From an uncultured euryarchaeote (lineage in GTDB: Archaea > Thermoplasmatota > Poseidoniia > Poseidoniales > Poseidoniaceae): a DNA stretch of 64,000 bases. Made by a program: the position numbers and the translations under genes. The stretch lies in the NCBI GenBank assembly GCA_937899865.1, contig CALBRH010000051.1, positions 96,001 to 160,000 of the forward strand, read 5' to 3'. This document shows positions 1 to 8,153 of this stretch, piece after piece. Numbering within the stretch: the first letter of the stretch is position 1; every line of letters begins with the position of its first letter. The notes beneath the pieces were generated by a model. The model was not told the DNA's origin and made no database searches. It saw nothing but the letters and a program-made list of their open reading frames with translations.

Positions 1-982
1 CTAAAAAGTACAAATGTCTTGGATGTTTACCGTCATCATTTATTTTCCACCATTTTTCCCAAGCATTTGCACCACTTGGGTGGCCTGCTTGTTGAGCGAA
101 ATCTGCTGCCCATATTTGAGCGCACGTTGAATATCCCTGTACAGCCTCAAACCAAACATAAACGCATTTTCCATCCCATTCATCACCTTCCAATGGAAGT
201 GGAATGCCCCAAGTCAAATCTCTTGTTACTGCACGTGATCTCAATCCCATATCTAGCCATTGTTTAGTCATGGCACGAACATTTGGTTTCCATTTTTTGA
301 CTTGATTGGCAGCATGTTGCTCAAGTGCAGATTGAAATAGATCTAATCGATAAAAGAAATGATCTGTATCTCTTACTTCAATTTCACTTTCAGGGTTCAT
401 TTTTGAACGTGGATTCCTCAATTCAATTGCTTCATATGTGGCACCACATTCATCGCATTGATCTCCTCTTGCTTCTTCATAATCACAAGTAGGACAAACT
501 CCTTCTACATATCTGTCTGGAAGAAATCTACCTGTTCCATCTTTGTTTATCTCATAATATTGTTGAGTGGTTTTTTTCTCAAAAAAACCTGCATCAAGCA
601 ATTTTAAAAAATTGTCTTGTACTATCTTCTTATGCTTTTCATCGCTAGTCCGATTGAAAAGTGAGCCACCAAATTCAACCCCTCTAGGATCGATTTTTGG
701 CTCCCAGGAACAACCTAATTGCAATAGTGCCGCAGTATTAATTTGATGGAATTTATTTACAATATCTTGAGGGTTAACGCCTTCTTGCTCTGCTGTCACG
801 GTTATAGGAGTGCCATGTTCATCGGAACCCGATACCATCAAAACTTTGTTTCCAATAGCTCTTTCGTATCTTGCTTGAATATCGGGTGGCAAGTAACATC
901 CTGCTACATGACCTAAGTGTAGAGGGCCGTTTGCATATGGCCATGCTACACAGATTAGTACATGTTCACTATTCTGAACCAA
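1..982 (-). CDS. metG: Methionyl-tRNA synthetase, 5' part (runs off the left edge; absent from the ORF track)
   Basis: Manual translation from TTG at 982 (GGAG SD upstream): LVQNSEHVLICVAWPYANGPLHLGH (HIGH motif), MVSGSDEHGTP, Zn knuckle CPTC...CDEC, YVWFEAV, ending HLYFL at the edge. Confidence 0.95.
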   Translation of the reverse strand, partial: MVQNSEHVLICVAWPYANGPLHLGHVAGCYLPPDIQARYERAIGNKVLMVSGSDEHGTPITVTAEQEGVNPQDIVNKFHQINTAALLQLGCSWEPKIDPRGVEFGGSLFNRTSDEKHKKIVQDNFLKLLDAGFFEKKTTQQYYEINKDGTGRFLPDRYVEGVCPTCDYEEARGDQCDECGATYEAIELRNPRSKMNPESEIEVRDTDHFFYRLDLFQSALEQHAANQVKKWKPNVRAMTKQWLDMGLRSRAVTRDLTWGIPLPLEGDEWDGKCVYVWFEAVQGYSTCAQIWAADFAQQAGHPSGANAWEKWWKINDDGKHPRHLYFL

Positions 983-1115
983 AGCATCTCCTCAAATTGA
1001 CCTGTGAGTGACTTATTTATTGAGTTTCACTATATTGTAAGTTTTAAGCGTCATTTTGAATAACTAGAATCACTACGCATTGATTAGCGCATCGTCTAGG
1101 GGCCGTCGAAAATTC

Positions 1116-2150
1116 ATGGATTATACGTTGTTAATTTTCTATGTAACACTTGCACTTGGTGTTTCATTTCTTTGTTCGATTTTAGAAGCAATAGTCCTCT
1201 CTATACCTCATACACATATAGCGGTAATGGAAAAAGAAGGTACTAGGAATGGTAAAATTTGGGCCACTTTGAAAGATGATGATGCTGTAAAACCATTAAC
1301 TGCAATTCTAACATTGAACACTATTGCTCACACAATGGGTGCTGCTGGAGTTGGTTCTGAGGTTCAAAAATTGTATGGAGAGGAAGCTCTTACTTTGGCT
1401 TCAGTAATTTTAACCTTAGCAGTATTATTCTTATCAGAAATTATTCCTAAAACCTTGGGAACTGCATATTGGAAGCAATTAGCACCATCTGCTGGATATG
1501 TTTTGCATTATACTACGATTTTACTAACTCTCATCATAGTGCCAATTCAATGGCTCAAAAAGATACTTCCGAAAGGGGGGCAATCATTAGTCACTAGAGA
1601 TGATGTTGCAGCACTAGCAGACCTTGGTGAAGAAGAAGGGATATTGGAAGTTGATGAAGAAACTGTCATTCACAACTTATTACGGCTTAGAGAAATAAAT
1701 GTACATGAAGTTATGACTCCAAGAGTAGTTCTAACGGCTTTCCAAATGAATTCAACAATAAGGCAAATTATGGATGAAAATCAGGTTATTCGATTCTCTA
1801 GAATTCCAATCTATGATGAATCTATTGATGACATTAAAGGCATAATAATCAGATCACAGTTGCTAATGGCTGCAAGTAGAGATGAATGGGATGTTAAAAT
1901 TTCAGAATTATCTAAAGATGTTTTGACTATATCTGCAAATAGTTCAGTTGATGCGACTTTGGATTTATTCCTAACTAACAAGCAACAAATTGCAATAGTC
2001 ATTGATGAGTTTGGTGGCACATCAGGTATAGTGACAATGGAAGATGTTCTCGAGACATTGCTTGGAGAAGAGATAGTTGATGAACTAGATGAAGTAGAAG
2101 ATATGAGGGAATTAGCAAGAGATCAAGCTGACTTCACTGAATCTGAATGA
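1116..2150 (+). CDS. CNNM/CorB-CorC family membrane protein (DUF21 + CBS pair), putative Mg/Co transport
   Basis: FLCSILEAIVLS, ILTLNTIAH, LFLSEIIPKT, VMTPR, FSRIPIY, VIDEFGGTSGIVTMEDVLETLLGEEIVDE. ORF track starts at 1080; ATG 1116 is more plausible. Confidence 0.9.
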   Translation: MDYTLLIFYVTLALGVSFLCSILEAIVLSIPHTHIAVMEKEGTRNGKIWATLKDDDAVKPLTAILTLNTIAHTMGAAGVGSEVQKLYGEEALTLASVILTLAVLFLSEIIPKTLGTAYWKQLAPSAGYVLHYTTILLTLIIVPIQWLKKILPKGGQSLVTRDDVAALADLGEEEGILEVDEETVIHNLLRLREINVHEVMTPRVVLTAFQMNSTIRQIMDENQVIRFSRIPIYDESIDDIKGIIIRSQLLMAASRDEWDVKISELSKDVLTISANSSVDATLDLFLTNKQQIAIVIDEFGGTSGIVTMEDVLETLLGEEIVDELDEVEDMRELARDQADFTESE

Positions 2151-3148
2151 TTTGATGTTTTTTCATACCAGTTCCTAATAATTTCATCACGCTTCGAATT
2201 ATTTCTAGCCCCAGCATGTGTGAGGTCATCAATTAGATGATGTTCAAACAAATTACCATCATATTTACCTTGAGCCTCCACTAGTTTTTGATAATGTTCG
2301 AGGCCTAACCTATCATCATGCTTAGCTTGTATAACTAAACAATTATTATCGATAAAACCCCATTTAGGAACATCAACTTCATCTATATTACTAACATCAG
2401 GTATCTTTGGATTTATGAAGTTAAAATGCGAAGAAAGTCTCTGCCAGAATACATTTTTGGCAAATTTTGGAATCCTTAATGTTTCCATACTTTCTTTGAA
2501 AATTTGCGAATAACAAGTCATTGGAGATTCTAAAACATATCCTGCAATAGGATACTTACCTTCTGAATTATTGTTGATTTTACTGAACCTTAGTAGAACA
2601 AAACCTCCCATACTATGGCCGTGAAGATATATCTGGTTTACTAAATTCATATCAAAAACATTTGACATATTACTAAAAAATTGATTAAAAGTTGTTGAAG
2701 CATGTCCTGCTGTCCACTTACTAACCGGTTCACTTTGACCATGCCCTGGCATCTCAAATATAATTACATGAAAACCCATTTCCAAATAATTTTTAGCCCT
2801 CCCTAGCATAGATATTGCACCACTTCTCCAACCATGAACAATTATCACTAGAGGCCTTATATTGTCATCAAAATGTGATTTTGTATGAATTATTGAATCT
2901 AAATTGTGGTAATGTGAAATCCATCCCTCAGAAATTAGATCTGGTTTCTTATTACCCGGAGAAATAAAAGCTAATGCCACCCATGTTTCAAGAATAAAGT
3001 TGTAAGTTAGATACAACAAAGTACAAATCAAGAGAAGTGATAAATTTATGGTGATTTGTTGTAAAAATAGAATGATATTAAATGTCAATAAGACAAAAAA
3101 TATACATGGGCGATACCACCTATGGTAAGCAAATAACACGATAATCAC
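2123..3148 (-). CDS. Membrane-anchored alpha/beta hydrolase
   Basis: N-terminal hydrophobic helices, VHGW oxyanion motif, GHGQS, nucleophile elbow GHSMGG, AKHDDRL (Asp), LTHAG (His). Confidence 0.85.
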   Translation of the reverse strand: MIIVLFAYHRWYRPCIFFVLLTFNIILFLQQITINLSLLLICTLLYLTYNFILETWVALAFISPGNKKPDLISEGWISHYHNLDSIIHTKSHFDDNIRPLVIIVHGWRSGAISMLGRAKNYLEMGFHVIIFEMPGHGQSEPVSKWTAGHASTTFNQFFSNMSNVFDMNLVNQIYLHGHSMGGFVLLRFSKINNNSEGKYPIAGYVLESPMTCYSQIFKESMETLRIPKFAKNVFWQRLSSHFNFINPKIPDVSNIDEVDVPKWGFIDNNCLVIQAKHDDRLGLEHYQKLVEAQGKYDGNLFEHHLIDDLTHAGARNNSKRDEIIRNWYEKTSNHSDSVKSA

Positions 3149-3161
3149 TCAAGAGAGGATT

Positions 3162-4097
3162 TCACTTCTTTGTTGCTTTAGGCTTAGCCTTTTCTTTAGG
3201 CTTAGCCTTTTCTTTAGGTTTGTTTTTTTCCTCATCAGAAGTTTCGGTTTCAGTTTCATTCGCTGCCTCTTCCGCCTGTTGCTCTTTAGCAACTCTTCTT
3301 GCTTCCCTTTTTGCAGCAAACTTGTCACCATAATCACCCATGCTTTCAAATTTAGCCCAAAAGCCAGAAGATTTTTCACCCTTTTCTGGAACGTGTTTAA
3401 CTAAGTAAGCGCCAAAAATTACATCATACAATCCTTGATTATATTGACTGGCCTTAGCAAATTGCCAATTGACAATGTACAATATCAAGAAAATTGCTCC
3501 AATTGTAGTCCAAATTATTGGTCCAGCACCTGCATCTTTATCACCAAATTTACTTGTAGAAACTGTGACAAATAGTAAGCCGAACAATGCCAAAATTCCA
3601 ACAGAGTTTGAAAGCATTCCTTGGAACGGGCTAGCTTTTTCACCTGAGGTGTTAATAAATTTAATTCGAGCAACAAACTGGCCAAGATTTCTTCCAGTCT
3701 TGAATGGAAGAACCACAACGTTTAGAATAATCATTACAAATGAAACAATCAAAAGTATGGTAGTAATAACGCTTGTATCGCCAGCCATCATGAAAATTGC
3801 AGCAAGAAGTACTCCGAAATTCCATGCAAAATTCACGAACCAACTCATTGTTCTATCGAGCTTATTACAAATCTCAAAACCATCAGGTAATCCAGAAGGT
3901 CTAGGTGCTCTTGCTTTCTTTTCTTTCTTAGGTTTCTTTTGCTTTGCTGGCTTGGCTATAGTTTCCTCTACTTGAGGTTCTACCTCTTCGACTTTAGGTA
4001 CTGCTTTTGCTACTGCTTTCGCCTTAGGTTTTGCTTTTGCTTTAGGTTTGGCTTCTGGTTTACTTGAAGTTCCACTTGCTTTGTCTAATAATCCCAT
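3162..4097 (-). CDS. RDD-family membrane protein with Lys/Ala/Pro-rich termini
   Basis: DRTMSWFVNF, GRNLGQFVARIK and QGLYDVIFGAYLVK resemble RDD motifs; four hydrophobic segments. Confidence 0.65.
   Translation of the reverse strand: MGLLDKASGTSSKPEAKPKAKAKPKAKAVAKAVPKVEEVEPQVEETIAKPAKQKKPKKEKKARAPRPSGLPDGFEICNKLDRTMSWFVNFAWNFGVLLAAIFMMAGDTSVITTILLIVSFVMIILNVVVLPFKTGRNLGQFVARIKFINTSGEKASPFQGMLSNSVGILALFGLLFVTVSTSKFGDKDAGAGPIIWTTIGAIFLILYIVNWQFAKASQYNQGLYDVIFGAYLVKHVPEKGEKSSGFWAKFESMGDYGDKFAAKREARRVAKEQQAEEAANETETETSDEEKNKPKEKAKPKEKAKPKATKK
3176..3218. repeat. 18-nt perfect tandem repeat (about 2.4 copies) encoding KPKEKA in the RDD protein tail
   Basis: ctttaggcttagcctttt at 3176-3193 and 3194-3211, then ctttagg. 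Confidence 0.9.
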
Positions 4098-4105
4098 ATA
4101 ATCAC

Positions 4106-5092
4106 CTACTGATACATTTCCCCTACTGTACTGTAAATCTTAAAGTCGCTTGAAGCGACAAATTCTTCAATTGAGCTTTCATCCATGTTGCCTAATTGAT
4201 TATCAACTATTGCAAAGAATAATGACCTCAAATCATCATCAGCCGATAGTGGATCGCTACCCACTGTTTGGTAGACAGAGAAGTCATCTGATGCAACAAA
4301 TGTTTCGACAACATCACTTGGGAGATTGGAGCCAAGTAATTCATCCACTATTGAAACAAAGGTCACAAATATATCCTCTTCATCTGCCTCTTGAGCTACT
4401 ACTGGTTGAGACTTAGCAACCGGAGCATCACTAATTTCAGATTGTTCTGAAGACATTGATGCCATCAACTGTTTCCTCTCTTTAAGTAAAGCTTCTAATT
4501 GAGGCTTTAACTCAGCTAATTTATCATTATCTCCACTGGTCTTTGCATCTTGGTAAGCAGGTTTCAAGGTTCTAATTTGGTCTTCCAAATTAGCAAGGAT
4601 TTCTTCATCAGACAAATCTTGATTCTCATCAAGAAGTTCGACTACTGGAGCATCTCTAATTTCAGCCAATTTCTCATCATGTTGCTGTTTTCGCAGTACG
4701 ATGATATCTCGGTCTAAAGAATGGCCGAATCTATCTGCATATCTGTCCAATAAAGAACCTGCTTCGCCAGATGAGATACGATCAATATGGCCATAAATTT
4801 GCGGAAGAGGTTTATTGGATTTCTTAGCCCATAAATCACCATATCCATCAGCATTTTCCTCCTTAGAATCTTCACCAGTTACAATAGGATTGTTTAGTAG
4901 TGATGGTGGGGGTAATTCAGCAGGTTCTGGAATAGTTGCAGGAGGTAGTTCTGCTGGAGGAGGAAGGTCGGGCATTGCAGCAGCATCAGGAGCAGGAAGT
5001 GGCATCCCTGGTAGCGGTGGCAGAGGTGCTGGTGGAAGAGCTGGATTGCTTGGTTGAGCAGCGGATTTTTTCTTGTTCTTCCTGAACCCCAT
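4106..5092 (-). CDS. Hypothetical protein: Pro-rich N-terminus, coiled coil, duplicated C-terminal motif
   Basis: 328-aa ORF with AGGTGAGG SD; two copies of F..IVD..LG....E.FVAS.DF..Y.TVG. Confidence 0.8.
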   Translation of the reverse strand: MGFRKNKKKSAAQPSNPALPPAPLPPLPGMPLPAPDAAAMPDLPPPAELPPATIPEPAELPPPSLLNNPIVTGEDSKEENADGYGDLWAKKSNKPLPQIYGHIDRISSGEAGSLLDRYADRFGHSLDRDIIVLRKQQHDEKLAEIRDAPVVELLDENQDLSDEEILANLEDQIRTLKPAYQDAKTSGDNDKLAELKPQLEALLKERKQLMASMSSEQSEISDAPVAKSQPVVAQEADEEDIFVTFVSIVDELLGSNLPSDVVETFVASDDFSVYQTVGSDPLSADDDLRSLFFAIVDNQLGNMDESSIEEFVASSDFKIYSTVGEMYQ

Positions 5093-5177
5093 GACCTCAC
5101 CTATTACACAGGGAGGGTTGAATAGTATTGAACCTTACCGAAAAAAACCTCATATCAGTTAATATTAGAGATGGATT

Positions 5178-6389
5178 TTATTTCGCAACTTTAGCCCAAC
5201 CTTTCAATATGAGAAAAGTAGCAACTGCCTCGCTAATTTGCAACTCATCGCCCATATTTGGCTCCCATTCTTGTTCATAAAATCGAAACCTGCATTCATC
5301 TTCAGTCATTATTACATTAATTGTTTGATCATTTGGTAAAGCAATTGTTTCACTTAACGGGTCAAAAGCATTAGATCCATCAGGATCAAGTCTGTTTAAT
5401 GGGAATTCAGTAACCCTAAGTCCTGATTTACCATGTAAGGAGGTTGGCCATCTTATCTGTCTTCTGACATCTATAGTAACTACTTCATCAGCCTCGCCTG
5501 CATTTGAAAGAACTACTGAAGTATCTGTTTTAAGAATATCAAGAAACAAGGATTCATGTCTATCTAATACTCCGAAATTACCATCTAATAGACGATTAGT
5601 TCGTTGTTCATTAATCAATAAGTTACTCAAGTTTTGAATTGAAGTCTTACCTTTTGAACTAGTTCTATTTTCTCTCTTTGCCTGCGATTTAAGGCCTTCA
5701 TGTATTTCTTCCAAGAGTGAAGTATATCCCTTTTCTTTACGAGCAATCTGTTGTAATTTTTGAACAACTTCTTCCATTCCACGATTGATTCTTGCAGCCC
5801 AACCAGTTCTATCGCCTAAATGGTAGCGAGATAAACTACTCTTTACATCTACATCTTCACCTCTAATATGGGAAACTATTTCTCTTCTGGCTTCAGAATC
5901 TAACTGAAATAATGAAGGATCCCGATAATGTAAATGAAAGCCGCGGTGCCCAGAAAATGTAACTTGTAAGTACTTTTCATCAAAACCAAATTCTGGCTCA
6001 AGATAATCATTCCATAGCGCAAATGCTTGTTCTTGAATTACACTAATCATACTTGGAAAATCCCTGTCTGTAACGCCAGGTAAATGGTCACCATCTAAGT
6101 CAAAAATTAAATCCGCCCCAATCCAGTCTTTATCAGCCATCTTTAATTCGTATGGTTTTTGCCAGTATGCCGTAGAGTAAAAACAAGAGTGCATTGGTCT
6201 TTGAGTAATGAATTGACGTACACTTTCAACATCTGAAAAACCCTTGTGTCTAATAGGGGGAGAATTGCCGAATGGTATGAACATCCATTCCCTAAATCTA
6301 GTCCTTGGAGGTGACCAAAGAGGAGAGTTGCGATAATAATTTGTAAACTGATGCGCAAAACGTGCCCAGCCAGTTGAAAACATTTTCAC
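5178..6389 (-). CDS. priS: DNA primase small (catalytic) subunit
   Basis: SCFYSTAYW, DLIFDLDGDH, FSGHRGFHLH, DVRRQIRWPTSLHGKSG. Start may be ATG 6383. Confidence 0.95.
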   Translation of the reverse strand: MKMFSTGWARFAHQFTNYYRNSPLWSPPRTRFREWMFIPFGNSPPIRHKGFSDVESVRQFITQRPMHSCFYSTAYWQKPYELKMADKDWIGADLIFDLDGDHLPGVTDRDFPSMISVIQEQAFALWNDYLEPEFGFDEKYLQVTFSGHRGFHLHYRDPSLFQLDSEARREIVSHIRGEDVDVKSSLSRYHLGDRTGWAARINRGMEEVVQKLQQIARKEKGYTSLLEEIHEGLKSQAKRENRTSSKGKTSIQNLSNLLINEQRTNRLLDGNFGVLDRHESLFLDILKTDTSVVLSNAGEADEVVTIDVRRQIRWPTSLHGKSGLRVTEFPLNRLDPDGSNAFDPLSETIALPNDQTINVIMTEDECRFRFYEQEWEPNMGDELQISEAVATFLILKGWAKVAK

Positions 6390-6407
6390 ACCATATCAAT
6401 GGAGGGA

Positions 6408-6617
6408 TTATTCATTAGTCATCCAGAATCTTTGTTCTGCTTCAACAATAGTAGTAGCCGATTCTGCACCTGTTTCTTCAACATAGCACTTCCAGCAATA
6501 ATAATTATTATCGATTACCATTGCAGCACCAAATGTCATTCTAATGCCGCATTTCTTACACCTAGGGCCAATTTCTCCATTAGGTGCTTGTGCCAACTGT
6601 ACATTGTCGTGAGGCAT
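6408..6617 (-). CDS. Small Zn-finger protein (CxxC-x17-CxxC)
   Basis: CKKC and CWKC; GGAG SD upstream; co-oriented between the DOHH-like gene and priS. Confidence 0.7.
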   Translation of the reverse strand: MPHDNVQLAQAPNGEIGPRCKKCGIRMTFGAAMVIDNNYYCWKCYVEETGAESATTIVEAEQRFWMTNE

Positions 6618-6661
6618 TTTTCTCCCTGTCCTATCGTATAGTCAGTAGTTATTGAATTTGT

Positions 6662-7141
6662 CTAACAATCAACTTCATTGTATTCTTTACTCTTACACCA
6701 ATCAAGTAAATCAATCGCAACTTCACATGATTCTGATATTTCTGGCATTTGATGATTTACAAATTGTTCAAGAATAGGTCTAACAGAATAATCACCTATT
6801 GCACCTAAAGCTTCAGCAGCTTCATGCCTTACCATTACGTGTTCAGACTCATTACTTAGCACATCAATCAATGTTGGTATTGCAACCTGATTTTGCATTT
6901 GACCTAACACATATGCTACTTCATGGCGAAGTAAAGCACTATCAGAATTGAATCCAGAACATAATGCTAAGCATGCTGTATCAGAACCGTTATTTCTAAG
7001 TGCGAAAACATTTCTCATCCTCTGAAACATTGGAACATTTGAATCAGTAAGAGAATTTTCCCAATCAATTATTTCTCCATGCATTAAAGGTGGAGCTGGG
7101 TCTACAGACCCATATTGGCTTACTTTTGGTTTGTTATTCAT
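6662..7141 (-). CDS. Half-length deoxyhypusine hydroxylase (DOHH)-like HEAT-repeat protein
   Basis: SVDPAPP, FALRN, SALLRHEVAYVLGQMQ, MVRHEAAEALGAIG and ESCEVAID match the recalled C-terminal half of eukaryotic DOHH. ATGA overlap with mqnD. Confidence 0.8.
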   Translation of the reverse strand: MNNKPKVSQYGSVDPAPPLMHGEIIDWENSLTDSNVPMFQRMRNVFALRNNGSDTACLALCSGFNSDSALLRHEVAYVLGQMQNQVAIPTLIDVLSNESEHVMVRHEAAEALGAIGDYSVRPILEQFVNHQMPEISESCEVAIDLLDWCKSKEYNEVDC

Positions 7142-8022
7142 TCAACTGCCCCAATAAACTTAATTTTACTTACATCAAAGTTTGAATCAATAAGCCCAAT
7201 TTTTTGCCCTTCCAAAAGGAATTGCCTTATTGAAGCTCTACCATCTTCTCGATAATCAATTGTCCTATCATTAACGTACATTGTTACGAACTTTCGGTTA
7301 GTATCATCATCAATTCCTCGACCCCATTTTTTGGCAAATTCCAATGCTTCATCTGGATTATCGATAGCATACTCAATACTTTTTTTTGTGTACATTGTTA
7401 TATCTTCCATCATTTTTTTACCAAGATCTCTTCTTACAACATTACCGCCAAGGGGCATGGGGAAATTACTTGTTTTGTTATTCCACCATTTCCCGATATC
7501 GATTAATACTTCTAGATTATAATCAACATAGGTTAATTGCCCTTCATGAATAATTAGTCCAGATAGATAAGTACCATCAAGAATTCGTGGGATAATTTCA
7601 TCAAAAGGAACTACCTCAACATCAACATCACCCCATGCTAACCTCAAACCTAAATAGGCACTAGTTTTCAAACCTGGAACTGCAATCTTAGATTGTTTTA
7701 CTTGTTCAACACTAACTCCTGATTTAGCCACTATCATTGGACCATATCCCTCCCCCATAGAAGCACCACAATTCATTAAACTGTAATTCTCTGCGATATC
7801 AGGAAATGCGTGAATAGAAACCGCTGAAACTTCTAATTCCTGATTCATTGCACGATGGTTAAGAGTTTCAATATCTTGTAACTCATGAACGAAATGATAT
7901 CCTGGAGTTGGAAACTTACCATTAGTCATAGCATGAAACATAAATGCATCATCTGGGTCAGGAGAGTGTCCAATTCTAACAATGTAATTGCCATGCTCAT
8001 CTTGCTCAAGTTGGTTGGACAT
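7138..8022 (-). CDS. mqnD: 1,4-dihydroxy-6-naphthoate synthase (futalosine pathway)
   Basis: GHSPDPDDAFMFHA, DIETLN, GASMGEGYGP, AVPGLKTSAYL, FDEI, LIIHEGQLTY, PMPLGGNVVRR, MYVNDRT. Confidence 0.93.
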   Translation of the reverse strand: MSNQLEQDEHGNYIVRIGHSPDPDDAFMFHAMTNGKFPTPGYHFVHELQDIETLNHRAMNQELEVSAVSIHAFPDIAENYSLMNCGASMGEGYGPMIVAKSGVSVEQVKQSKIAVPGLKTSAYLGLRLAWGDVDVEVVPFDEIIPRILDGTYLSGLIIHEGQLTYVDYNLEVLIDIGKWWNNKTSNFPMPLGGNVVRRDLGKKMMEDITMYTKKSIEYAIDNPDEALEFAKKWGRGIDDDTNRKFVTMYVNDRTIDYREDGRASIRQFLLEGQKIGLIDSNFDVSKIKFIGAVE

Positions 8023-8153
8023 GATTATCCCAAATTATCGACCTTCAATAACCATCCGTTTGAATTTAAATCAATATATTGTAATTCGACTTATTTATTG
8101 GCTGTTCGGGTATATATTCAAGTAGTTAACAATCTACGAGCAACTGATTACTA

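Noticed and set aside
19-267. 82-aa plus-strand ORF
   Set aside because: Antisense shadow of metG, which is clearly encoded on the minus strand.
6662-7141. DOHH-like gene as a pseudogene or frameshifted remnant
   Set aside because: Intact ORF whose ATG overlaps the stop of a full-length mqnD; no N-terminal DOHH half is seen upstream.
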